Shown piece by piece: positions 46,598-54,848 of a DNA stretch of 64,000 nucleotides (within the stretch, counting starts at the first letter, position 1; every line of letters starts with the position of its first letter). The notes below the pieces were generated by a model. That model was not told the origin of the DNA. It searched no databases and worked only from the letters and a program-made list of their open reading frames with translations. The translations under genes and the position numbers were made by a program. Source of the stretch: an uncultured Candidatus Saccharibacteria bacterium (lineage in GTDB: Bacteria > Patescibacteriota > Minisyncoccia > Phycocordibacterales > Phycocordibacteraceae). The DNA is taken from assembly GCA_964607655.1 (NCBI GenBank), contig CAZSKX010000001.1, positions 296,939 through 360,938 on the forward strand, read 5' to 3'.

Positions 46598-48697
46598 GTG
46601 GATACTCCAACCCCTCCAACAACCTCGTTTAAAGATGCCGGCGTTCTGGTGGGTTTATTTTTTCTCTATGCAGCAGCGGGCCGCATCGGACTCTCGATCT
46701 ATGAACTTAATCCTTTTGCGACATTTGTCTGGGCACCTTCGGGAATCGCTCTTGCCGGTCTCCTGATCTATGGATATGGGGTCTGGCCGGCTATCGCTAT
46801 CGGCGCCTTCGTGCTCAATCTCTCAATTGGCGTGCCTCTCGTCGCCGCCATCCTTATCTCCTGCGGGAATACGGTCGGACCTCTCACCGCTGCATTTCTT
46901 ATCAAAGAATTTGCGCATTATAAGCCCCGCCAGTTTTCTCTCCGAGACAGCTTCAGCATCGTGCTCGGCGCATTACTCCTCCCACTGATAACTGCCAGCA
47001 TCGGCACCGCCACGCTGTGGCTTACGGGAGCGCCTTTTTCTATAACATACACGGATCTCTGGCAGATGTGGCTTCTCGGCGATGCTGTTGGCGTCATCAT
47101 ATTTACTCCACTCATCTTAAAGTGGTGGAATCACGGAGTCTACGAACGCACAACACCTGAAAAGCTCGAGATCGCGCTCGTGGCAGTCATCATCGTCATA
47201 ACCTCATATTATGTCTTTTGGTCGCCGCAGCTATTTTACGCATACTATCTTTTCATTCCGTTAACCTGGGCTGCCTTACGTACCGGCCCGCGGGGCACCA
47301 CTCTTTCAATGCTCATCATTCTGATCGTCGGCACGTGGGGTACCTCTCTCGGACAAGGTACATTTGGCGGCGCGCAAGGACTCTTTCAGATGGAGGTCTT
47401 TGTAGCCATAACCGCAGGCATCTTTCTGATCATCGCGGCCATTGTCGAGGAGCGGCGAAATATTTTACAAGAAGTTGAAAATCACGTCGGGCAGCTCGAG
47501 ATCGCCCTTGCCCAGATACGTTCTGAAGATGAGGCCAAAAAGAACTTTTTAGCCGTACTCGCTCACGAACTCCGTAACCCTTTGGCTACCATCATAAGCT
47601 CGATCGAGCTCATTCACCTAGAGTACCCGTCCGTACCGAGCAGCTTGCGACGCTCCCTCGAGACGATCGCCGAGCGCTCGAGTGCGATGGTGTACCTTCT
47701 TGACGATCTCCTTGATATCTCTCGTGTCTCGCATCATAAACTCAAGCTAAACAAAGAATTGGTGCGTGTCGATTCTTTCATTGACCGGCTTTTGCCGACC
47801 ATACAGCACACCATGCATCAATTCGGTCACACCTTCTCAGTGACCACGCCTAACCAGGAGCTCTTCGTCGAAGCTGATCCTTTGCGGTTCGAACAGATCC
47901 TCACCAACCTCTTAAGCAACGCCGCTAAGTACACCCACCCGCACGGGTCAGTTGAATTAATGGTTCGCAAGGAGAGCAATCAGTGCGTCATCGCTGTGCG
48001 CGACAGTGGCGTTGGGATCCCGCGCAATATGCTCTCGCGCATCTTCGAACCTTTTTTTCAAGCACGTTCTGAACTTTCTGCGAACCAAGGCCTCGGCGTG
48101 GGGCTCGCTTTGACCCGAGAGCTCGTCGAGCTCCACGGCGGCACCATCGAGGTCAAAAGCGCTGGTTCAGGACGCGGATCCGAATTCACCGTCCGACTAC
48201 CTCTGGCAAAAAATAAACGCATCCTCCCCAGCGTCACCGCTCCCACGCGCCGCCCTGCCACGCGAGAACCAAAGTCACCGGAACGCCGGCAGACCTTACG
48301 CCACTCGCTGAAGATACTCGTGGTTGATGACAACGAGTCGGCTACGCGAGCACTCACCCGCCTCTTAGAGCTGCGCGGCCACACAGCTCGACCTGCCTAC
48401 GACGGCACCGAGGCGCTCGGGGCAGCCGACAAGTTCGCACCTGATGTGATCTTTCTGGATATTGGCCTACCCGACACTGACGGCTACGAAGTTGCCCGCA
48501 TTCTGCAGGAACATGATCGGCCTTACTATCTCATCGCGCTTACCGGCTATGGTCAGGCTGAGGACAAGGCTCGCGCACAAGACGCAGGCTTCGACGCCCA
48601 TCTGACCAAGCCAGCAAGCCTCGCCGCCATTGAGGCGATACTCGAGGACGTTCCCGCGGCCCTCAACGCCAAACGCAAGGCCGCACGCTCTCGCTAG
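46598..48697 (+). CDS. Hybrid sensor histidine kinase (MASE1-HisKA-HATPase-REC)
   Basis: MASE1-like 8-TM N-terminus, H-box LAHELRNPLATI, HATPase, C-terminal receiver LVVDDNES...DVIFLDIGLPDTDG. Confidence 0.85.
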   Translation: MDTPTPPTTSFKDAGVLVGLFFLYAAAGRIGLSIYELNPFATFVWAPSGIALAGLLIYGYGVWPAIAIGAFVLNLSIGVPLVAAILISCGNTVGPLTAAFLIKEFAHYKPRQFSLRDSFSIVLGALLLPLITASIGTATLWLTGAPFSITYTDLWQMWLLGDAVGVIIFTPLILKWWNHGVYERTTPEKLEIALVAVIIVITSYYVFWSPQLFYAYYLFIPLTWAALRTGPRGTTLSMLIILIVGTWGTSLGQGTFGGAQGLFQMEVFVAITAGIFLIIAAIVEERRNILQEVENHVGQLEIALAQIRSEDEAKKNFLAVLAHELRNPLATIISSIELIHLEYPSVPSSLRRSLETIAERSSAMVYLLDDLLDISRVSHHKLKLNKELVRVDSFIDRLLPTIQHTMHQFGHTFSVTTPNQELFVEADPLRFEQILTNLLSNAAKYTHPHGSVELMVRKESNQCVIAVRDSGVGIPRNMLSRIFEPFFQARSELSANQGLGVGLALTRELVELHGGTIEVKSAGSGRGSEFTVRLPLAKNKRILPSVTAPTRRPATREPKSPERRQTLRHSLKILVVDDNESATRALTRLLELRGHTARPAYDGTEALGAADKFAPDVIFLDIGLPDTDGYEVARILQEHDRPYYLIALTGYGQAEDKARAQDAGFDAHLTKPASLAAIEAILEDVPAALNAKRKAARSR

Positions 48698-49368
48698 ACG
48701 CGCAGCCGATACCCGACCCCGCGTACCGTTTCAAGAACGCTTGGCTCTCTGCCCTCATCAAGCTTACGTCGTAAGTTTTTAATATGGACATCCACCACAT
48801 TACTAAAAGATTCGTAGTTAAAGTCCCACAGGTGCGCGATCAGATCTTCTCGATTAACCACCTCGCCCGGATGCCGCATAAAATATTCCAGCAAGCCGAA
48901 CTCCTTCAGGGTTAGCTTCAGCTGTTTTCCTCCTCGACTCGCCACATGCTTCCCTGGATCAAGATCGATATCGCCGGCACGCAGCACGGTACCGAGAACG
49001 TGCGCAGGACGGCGCAGGATCGCACGGATACGCGCCGTAAGCTCTTCAAACGAGAAGGGTTTAACAAGGTAATCATCCGCACCGGCCAAAAGTAGATTCA
49101 CCTTCTGTTCCTCTTCTCCTCGGGCGGTGAGGATCAGTATCGGTATCGTGATCCCGTCAGCCCGCACCCGCTTACAGATCTCAAGTCCGTCCATCGAAGG
49201 CAGCATGAGGTCGAGTACCACGAGGTCATATTCGCTGCGATGCAACGAGATGCGCGTATACGCCTTAGCCCCGTCGTGTATCGTATCGACAGCAAATCCC
49301 TCGTGACGCAGACCTTCTGCGAGCACCGCGGCGAGCTTCTCTTCATCTTCAACAAGTAGTAGTCGCAT
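48694..49368 (-). CDS. OmpR-family response regulator
   Basis: REC (LLVEDEEKL...VLDLMLP) plus winged-helix trans_reg_C (VVDVHIKNLRRKL...VRGVGYRL). Confidence 0.9.
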   Translation of the reverse strand: MRLLLVEDEEKLAAVLAEGLRHEGFAVDTIHDGAKAYTRISLHRSEYDLVVLDLMLPSMDGLEICKRVRADGITIPILILTARGEEEQKVNLLLAGADDYLVKPFSFEELTARIRAILRRPAHVLGTVLRAGDIDLDPGKHVASRGGKQLKLTLKEFGLLEYFMRHPGEVVNREDLIAHLWDFNYESFSNVVDVHIKNLRRKLDEGREPSVLETVRGVGYRLRV

Positions 49369-49434
49369 AGGAGAATGATACTCCTAGCTATACCCTACAC
49401 TAGGTGAACGAGAGATTAACGACCGTGTTACTTT

Positions 49435-49974
49435 TTAACGTAACACGGTGATGCCACCATCTTCAGCGAGCGCAATCAGGGTCGAAGCTTGGCCAGCCTT
49501 TACTCCACCATCCTTATAGAAATCTACCGTGTCCCCGAAGTAGGCGAGAGCCTCTTCTGCGGTCGTCGCGGGCGGGAGCCCTTCTGGATTGGCACTTGGC
49601 GCGATAAGCGGGCTGCTCTCGTGCAGGAACGCACGAAGCGACTCATTGGCCGGGAGACGCAGCGCAAGTGTGTGCGTACCGCCGTGGAGCCACTCCGGCA
49701 CATCGCCGCCACACGCGAGCACGACGCTCACGGGCCCGGGCCACTGTTGGTCGAGTACCGTAGCCTGCGCTTCTGTCAGAGCAATCCCAAAACGGGCGAG
49801 TTCGTCGCGAGAAGCGATCAGTATGATACAGGGCTTCGAGAGCGAACGATGTTTGAGCGCATACACGCGCCGAACCGCCGCCTCGTGCTCGATCGAGGCA
49901 ACAAGTCCATACAGCGTATCGGTCGGCAACACTCCGACTCCACCCTTTTTCAACGTTTCTGCTTCGCGCATCAC
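49435..49974 (-). CDS. tsaC: L-threonylcarbamoyladenylate synthase (YrdC/TsaC)
   Basis: GGVGVLPTDTLYGLVAS motif, 179 aa. Confidence 0.8.
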   Translation of the reverse strand: MMREAETLKKGGVGVLPTDTLYGLVASIEHEAAVRRVYALKHRSLSKPCIILIASRDELARFGIALTEAQATVLDQQWPGPVSVVLACGGDVPEWLHGGTHTLALRLPANESLRAFLHESSPLIAPSANPEGLPPATTAEEALAYFGDTVDFYKDGGVKAGQASTLIALAEDGGITVLR

Positions 49975-49980
49975 CAGTTT

Positions 49981-50394
49981 TTACTTGGTGGTCTCACCTA
50001 CCGGCTGCCCACAGTGCTTACACCGCTTCGCCTTAAAGGGTATGTCGCTCACACACTCCGGGCACTGTTTGGTCGTTGGCTCGCCTGGTTGGTCTCTGCG
50101 CGAACGCGCGATGAGTAGGTTCATCGGCTTCACTACAAAGAAGAAGATCGTCGCAGCGACGATGGTAAACGAGATGAGCGCGTTCAGTGCCTTACCGTAA
50201 GTAATAGCACTCCCGTTCAGTGAGAACGAAAGTCCTGAGAAATCGGGTACCCTAGCGACCGCAGCGATAAGAGGCGTGAGCACATCACCCACGAGCGTAT
50301 TCACCACCACATTAAAGGCCGCGCCGATCACGACGCCGACCGCGAGATCTACAACATTCCCGCGGAGCAAAAACTGTTTAAATTCATTCAACAT
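49981..50394 (-). CDS. mscL: Large-conductance mechanosensitive channel MscL with C-terminal zinc-ribbon extension
   Basis: MLNEFKQFLLRGNVVDLAVGVVIGAAF start, 2 TM, then CPEC...CKHCG. Confidence 0.8.
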   Translation of the reverse strand: MLNEFKQFLLRGNVVDLAVGVVIGAAFNVVVNTLVGDVLTPLIAAVARVPDFSGLSFSLNGSAITYGKALNALISFTIVAATIFFFVVKPMNLLIARSRRDQPGEPTTKQCPECVSDIPFKAKRCKHCGQPVGETTK

Positions 50395-50513
50395 AACTCT
50401 AGTATAGCGCAAAAGTGGATATCCTTGTTGCCGTCCTAGAGAGGAGTACACTATAGAAGGAGGATCCCGCTCGCTGAAATCTGAAGCGCACGCAAGCGCG
50501 TAAGGGGGTAACG

Positions 50514-50645
50514 ATGAATCTGCTCGAAAAGAAAGGGCGTTGGACGGACGATCAGATCCTCCTCGCTCGCGAACTCTCTCTTCTTCTCAAGCCGGCTCTG
50601 GTGCTCACCGCACTAGGAGTCGGGCTCTACGTCTTCATCCGCTGA
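50514..50645 (+). CDS. Possible 43-aa single-TM peptide
   Basis: RBS AAGGGGGT then ATG; not in the ORF track (below 60 aa). Confidence 0.25.
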   Translation: MNLLEKKGRWTDDQILLARELSLLLKPALVLTALGVGLYVFIR

Positions 50646-50679
50646 GCCGCACAGGGACAAGGTGTCCCTCGGAGGTCCC

Positions 50680-50853
50680 ATGTTTGGTTTCAATGCTCTT
50701 GCCGACGCGATCTCATGGGTACTTACGCCCGCCTGGTCCTTCTTCAAGTCGGACGACTCGAAGAGGCCGGATGTCGCGCAGACCTTTGCAGCCGAGATCC
50801 ATGGGCGGACTCTGCTCGCCTTCCAGTTGCCCGGCGCGGAGCCGTTCGACTAG
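50680..50853 (+). CDS. Possible small protein (58 aa)
   Basis: GGAGG 4 nt before the ATG; followed by bidirectional terminator 50866-50897. Confidence 0.3.
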   Translation: MFGFNALADAISWVLTPAWSFFKSDDSKRPDVAQTFAAEIHGRTLLAFQLPGAEPFD

Positions 50854-50865
50854 CGAGTCGAACGC

Positions 50866-50897
50866 CCATAAACGAAAAGCCCGCGGACATGCGTCCG
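50866..50897. terminator. Bidirectional intrinsic terminator
   Basis: gcccgcggacg-cgtccgcgggc 11-bp stem flanked by A and T runs. Confidence 0.6.
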
Positions 50898-50927
50898 CGG
50901 GCTTTAACGTTAGACTGCTGCGTCTAT

Positions 50928-51575
50928 CTAATCGTCATCTTCCTCGTCTTCGTCATCGTCGTCGCTGTCATCAGATGGATCGTCATCATCGTCGCTGTCG
51001 TCGGATGAGTCGTCGTTATCGTTCTTTCCGCTATTCCAGCTGCCCTTGCCGCTGTTGTCGAGGCGCATCCGCTCGCCCTGCTCGCCGTCGAGACCCTTAC
51101 CGCAGGCGCGCATCAGGAACGCGCGCGTAAGCGGACCAACGTATCCCGTGGTGGTCGAGGCAATACCATGCTTCTCTTGGTAGCGCGCCATAGCACGCAT
51201 CGTGATCGGTCCGAAGAAGCCTGTTGACGCTGCGGTGAAGTTCTCAAAATCGTCCTCTCGGAGAAGATCCTGGAGCTTTTTCACGTCATCGCCCGTGGCA
51301 CCGATGGTGAGGTTTCGTCTGAGTTCAATACAAGCAGCCTTGGCTGCTGCTCCTGGCCGGAGCGCAGCTGGCGTGGTGCTCGCTACGCCACGGCCATCGA
51401 CACGGATGATGTTTTCAACCTTGGTGATCGTGCTGGACGCTACACCGAAGGACTTCAAGAGACTCTGAAGCGCGGCGCGTTGTGTCGCGCTGAGCTCCGC
51501 AGCCTGAGTAAGTGCCGGGGCGATCATCGAGATCGCGAGCGCGGCGCTCACCACAGCCTTTCTAGAAAAATGCAT
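50928..51575 (-). CDS. Secreted protein with peptidoglycan-binding (PG_binding_1-like) repeats and a poly-Asp/Glu tail
   Basis: Signal peptide; GATGDDVKKLQDLL...FGPITMRAMARYQEKHGI...GYVGPLT; last 45 residues almost all D/E/S. Confidence 0.65.
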   Translation of the reverse strand: MHFSRKAVVSAALAISMIAPALTQAAELSATQRAALQSLLKSFGVASSTITKVENIIRVDGRGVASTTPAALRPGAAAKAACIELRRNLTIGATGDDVKKLQDLLREDDFENFTAASTGFFGPITMRAMARYQEKHGIASTTTGYVGPLTRAFLMRACGKGLDGEQGERMRLDNSGKGSWNSGKNDNDDSSDDSDDDDDPSDDSDDDDEDEEDDD

Positions 51576-51623
51576 ATTTATTGGTGTTGTTAAGAATAAC
51601 TCCCCTGCCTATGTAGTATATAC

Positions 51624-52187
51624 CTAGACGCCCGACTGCCAGGTGCGGATAGCGTCAGAAGAGTGGATAAAATTTAGGATGTTGAGCGCAAGGTTATCGT
51701 GGATGCTGTACCCGACCCACACCTCGAACAAGAGCGCGATCGCCACCGTCGCTTTCGCCGGCAGTCGCGCCGCCAAGATAAATCCTAGAATCATGGCGAG
51801 ACTGTCAGAAATCGAGTTCAACACACTGTCGCCGCTGTAGCCTGCGGCAAGCGCTTGCTGCCGATAGAGGTTTATCACATACGGCGTATTCTCGGCGATC
51901 TCCCACGCAACTTCGATCCCGAGCGCAAGCACCAGCCGCTCAAAGACTGAGAACCGCGGGAAGAAATACCACAGACCTAGGTAAAAGAGGAATCCGTGGA
52001 TGACATGGGAGAAGGTGTACCAGTCGGTAAGGTGCTGAGAGTTGCCAAATGATTGAACAACGCCTTCCCAGAACTTGATATACCCACAGGCGCAGATCGC
52101 CGGCTGACCAAAGGCGAGAAGCACGAGCGCCTGAAGCGCGAGCAGCGCAAGAGCCGCGATCACACAGACACGAACGGTGTATCCCAT
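51624..52187 (-). CDS. DUF2585 family membrane protein
   Basis: GQPAICACGYIKFWEG...NSQHLTDWYTFSHVIHGF pattern; start at MGYTVRV. Confidence 0.5.
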   Translation of the reverse strand: MGYTVRVCVIAALALLALQALVLLAFGQPAICACGYIKFWEGVVQSFGNSQHLTDWYTFSHVIHGFLFYLGLWYFFPRFSVFERLVLALGIEVAWEIAENTPYVINLYRQQALAAGYSGDSVLNSISDSLAMILGFILAARLPAKATVAIALLFEVWVGYSIHDNLALNILNFIHSSDAIRTWQSGV

Positions 52188-52293
52188 CCCCACAGTGTAC
52201 TCTGAAAAATATTGTTTTCTCAGTCGAGTGTGATAAAACAAATGACAGGCGAAGGACATTCGACAACAACGGGACAGAGGAGGTCAGGGACGA

Positions 52294-52569
52294 ATGAACA
52301 CTCGACAGTCGGTTAACGAGCTCGGGAACGTGCTCGCGTGGATCAACGAATTCGCCATCACCACCGGTCGACCTGGATTCAATCGCGCGGAGGGACGCTA
52401 CGTGCTGCGCGCATACGACGCGCTTTACCGCGCCTATCCGAAGAACAACGATCGGTTCCACCCCGGCGGGATCCCCAAGCTCGAGAGCATCTACGGCGAA
52501 GCCGATCGGCTGAGAAAGGAGGCTGCCGCTTCCGTCGCAGCGCCCGAGACTGCACCCGCGGTCGCCTAA
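52294..52569 (+). CDS. Hypothetical small protein (91 aa)
   Basis: GGAGG RBS; terminator 52596-52632 downstream. Confidence 0.4.
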   Translation: MNTRQSVNELGNVLAWINEFAITTGRPGFNRAEGRYVLRAYDALYRAYPKNNDRFHPGGIPKLESIYGEADRLRKEAAASVAAPETAPAVA

Positions 52570-52637
52570 GACCCTCTCACAAGGAGGCGATAAGGCCGCC
52601 CACTACCCGGTGGGCGGCCTTTTGTTATACTTGGGCG

Positions 52638-53522
52638 ATGCATACAGAAACCCCCAAATTAATCTGGACCATAGAGAAGATCCTTATCGCGATAACGGTC
52701 CTGATCCTCGTGGCCGTGGCGGGTCTTGGCGCCTACGGCTACCTACGCTTGACCGAGCTCTCGGCACAGGTAAATGAACTCAACTTCCGTCTCGCGTCGA
52801 CCACCGACCAGTTCGCGGTACAGATCGATAACGCTACCACCTCGCTCGCCGATCAGATCAAGCTAGCCCAGCAGAAGGTCCAGAGCCAGGTCGGTACGAT
52901 CACCGGCACCGTCTCGACCCTCGAGAAACTTTCTCAGACTGATCGCGAGCTCCTCGCCAAATATTCAAAAGTCTTTTTCTTAAGTGATAACTACGCACCC
53001 GCGCGCCTCGCTGAGGTTCCGAGCGAATACCGCTATAACGAGAAGATTTCGATGCAGGTGATACCCGAGGTCCTCCCCTATCTTAAAAAAATGATCGAGC
53101 AGGCTAAGGATGATGGCATCGAACTCTACGTCCAGAGCGCGTACCGATCCTTCACCGAACAGAGTGTCATCAAGGGTTCGTATACGGTTACCTACGGCGC
53201 TGGCACCGCGAACACCTTCTCGGCTGACCAAGGCTATTCTGAGCATCAACTCGGTACCACCATCGACCTGATCACTACGGGAACGAGGGGTAAGCTCGAG
53301 GGCTTTGATAAAACGCCGGCATTCGCCTGGGTACAGGCAAATGCCCACAAGTACGGCTTCGTGCTCTCGTATCCAAAAAATAATGGCTACTATGTCTACG
53401 AGCCATGGCACTGGCGCTTCGTCGGCGTGAAGCTCGCCACCTATCTCCACGAGGAGGAAAAGTATTTCTATGAACTCGATCAGCGTACGATCGATACCTA
53501 TCTCGTCTCTGTCTTTGACTAG
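52638..53522 (+). CDS. D-alanyl-D-alanine carboxypeptidase (peptidase M15B, VanY-like)
   Basis: SAYRS, SEHQLG..D, EPWHWR motifs; N-terminal TM; ORF-track N-terminal extension overlapping the terminator rejected. Confidence 0.8.
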   Translation: MHTETPKLIWTIEKILIAITVLILVAVAGLGAYGYLRLTELSAQVNELNFRLASTTDQFAVQIDNATTSLADQIKLAQQKVQSQVGTITGTVSTLEKLSQTDRELLAKYSKVFFLSDNYAPARLAEVPSEYRYNEKISMQVIPEVLPYLKKMIEQAKDDGIELYVQSAYRSFTEQSVIKGSYTVTYGAGTANTFSADQGYSEHQLGTTIDLITTGTRGKLEGFDKTPAFAWVQANAHKYGFVLSYPKNNGYYVYEPWHWRFVGVKLATYLHEEEKYFYELDQRTIDTYLVSVFD

Positions 53523-53639
53523 AGTTACACACAGAGGGGTATTGCCACCGGCTATTGGGGTGCTAGTGTAGCCGCCAGACCCCTCGCTACGCGCTGCAGA
53601 TGGCTGCAGGGTGCCGAGGAAAACCCGGGAGGCAGAAGA

Positions 53640-53981
53640 ATGCGCGATTTCAGTAAGAGGAACTGGCCGCAGGACATCCTGCTCACGCTCGCAGCAACGG
53701 CCCTCGTGATCCGCGGTGTCTTCGCGATCGAGAATGCGGTCGACTCGCTCACGCAGCCGCAGATCGCAGCCACGAAGGCGACTGAGGCCGAAGACCCCCT
53801 CGAGGCGCTCCGTCACGATCCGACGACTGCGGGAGCATTCGTGCCGATCGCGGCGTCCGCGAGCACTCCGCCCTCGACGGCTACCGCCGAGTCGAAGGAG
53901 CTCTGGCGCTCCAACGACGAGCTCGCTGTCGACACGATCGCCTGGGGCGATAGTCCGCTGACGAGGATCCACCGCCACTGA
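53640..53981 (+). CDS. Hypothetical membrane-anchored protein (113 aa)
   Basis: GGGAGG RBS; terminator 54000-54038. Confidence 0.4.
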   Translation: MRDFSKRNWPQDILLTLAATALVIRGVFAIENAVDSLTQPQIAATKATEAEDPLEALRHDPTTAGAFVPIAASASTPPSTATAESKELWRSNDELAVDTIAWGDSPLTRIHRH

Positions 53982-54058
53982 CCAACTCCACCCGACCAAG
54001 AAGCCCCACGCGACACTGTCGCGCGGGGCTTCTTTCTTACCCACCACTCTTCTCAACA

Positions 54059-54079
54059 TGGGGGTTTCACCCCCAAGTT
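54059..54079. repeat. REP-like palindrome copy 1
   Basis: TGGGGGTttcACCCCCAAgtt; overlaps the stop codon of the RAYT gene. Confidence 0.7.
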
Positions 54080-54764
54080 ACTCGATCTCCTCAAGAAGGA
54101 GGCGTTCAAGATCTCGAGTCTCCTCTTTACGCTGCTGGATATCTTCTAACGCTGCGAGTGCGAACCGCAAGTATTCCTTTTGATTCTTAAACTGGTCAAG
54201 GATCACCCGCGGATCGCAAAGTGATGTTCGCTTTCCTGATTCATATTGTTCCCAACTCGACGCACTTACTCTCTCCTTAGCTGCTGGTTTGGGGGTTTCA
54301 CCCCCAAGTTGGTGCACCCGGTCATTTAGATTTACGTAGGCGCTCACGTGAAGAAGATACTCATTGGTATCAACGTGACGCGCCTTAAACACGCCTTGGA
54401 ATAAAGCTCCCGTCCTTTTGTGACGATTGTTAAAGTAAGTCGTATATCCGCCGTTGAGCCGCTTCATAAACTCACTTACACCGCCCTCTCCCACCTGTTC
54501 AAGGAGCAGATGATAGTGGTTAGGATTCAAGCAGTAGGCAACTATCCGTACTAGTGGCTTCTCCTTCTTTTTCCTGCCATCAGCGTCGCCGTCGAAAGAC
54601 CGCTCATATAGGCTACCGATAGGATCTGCCGTATTGAACTCGGTCATGCATTCTAGAAACCGGAGGATGTCTAACCGATCGGAATATGTGATTCGCTTAT
54701 CAACGCCGCGGTTGTAAACATGATAGAACTCGCCAACAGCAAATTCGAATTTACGATTTCCCAT
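54078..54764 (-). CDS. REP-associated tyrosine transposase (RAYT, IS200/IS605 TnpA-like)
   Basis: YHVYNRGVDKRITYSDRLDILRFL, HuH motif NHYHLLLE, catalytic Tyr region HVSAYVNLN; flanked by REP palindromes. Confidence 0.75.
   Translation of the reverse strand: MGNRKFEFAVGEFYHVYNRGVDKRITYSDRLDILRFLECMTEFNTADPIGSLYERSFDGDADGRKKKEKPLVRIVAYCLNPNHYHLLLEQVGEGGVSEFMKRLNGGYTTYFNNRHKRTGALFQGVFKARHVDTNEYLLHVSAYVNLNDRVHQLGGETPKPAAKERVSASSWEQYESGKRTSLCDPRVILDQFKNQKEYLRFALAALEDIQQRKEETRDLERLLLEEIE
54289..54310. repeat. REP-like palindrome copy 2, inside the RAYT coding sequence
   Basis: TTGGGGGTttcACCCCCAA, perfect 8-bp arms; translated in frame as LGGETPKP. Confidence 0.7.
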
Positions 54765-54783
54765 GCCAAGACTTTAGCACTCA

Positions 54784-54806
54784 CTTGGGGGTTTCACCGC
54801 CAAGCG
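54784..54806. repeat. REP-like palindrome copy 3
   Basis: cTTGGGGGTttcACCgCCAAgcg, 1 mismatch; 20 nt upstream of the RAYT start. Confidence 0.65.
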
Positions 54807-54848
54807 AGTGGATAAATGGCCACGCAGCGAAGCTGGTAGGATTCTCTT

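Noticed and set aside
50540-51130. 196-aa Arg/Ser-rich ORF on the plus strand
   Set aside because: Antisense to the poly-Asp/Glu-tailed protein gene. It is produced by the GA(C/T) repeat and has no RBS.
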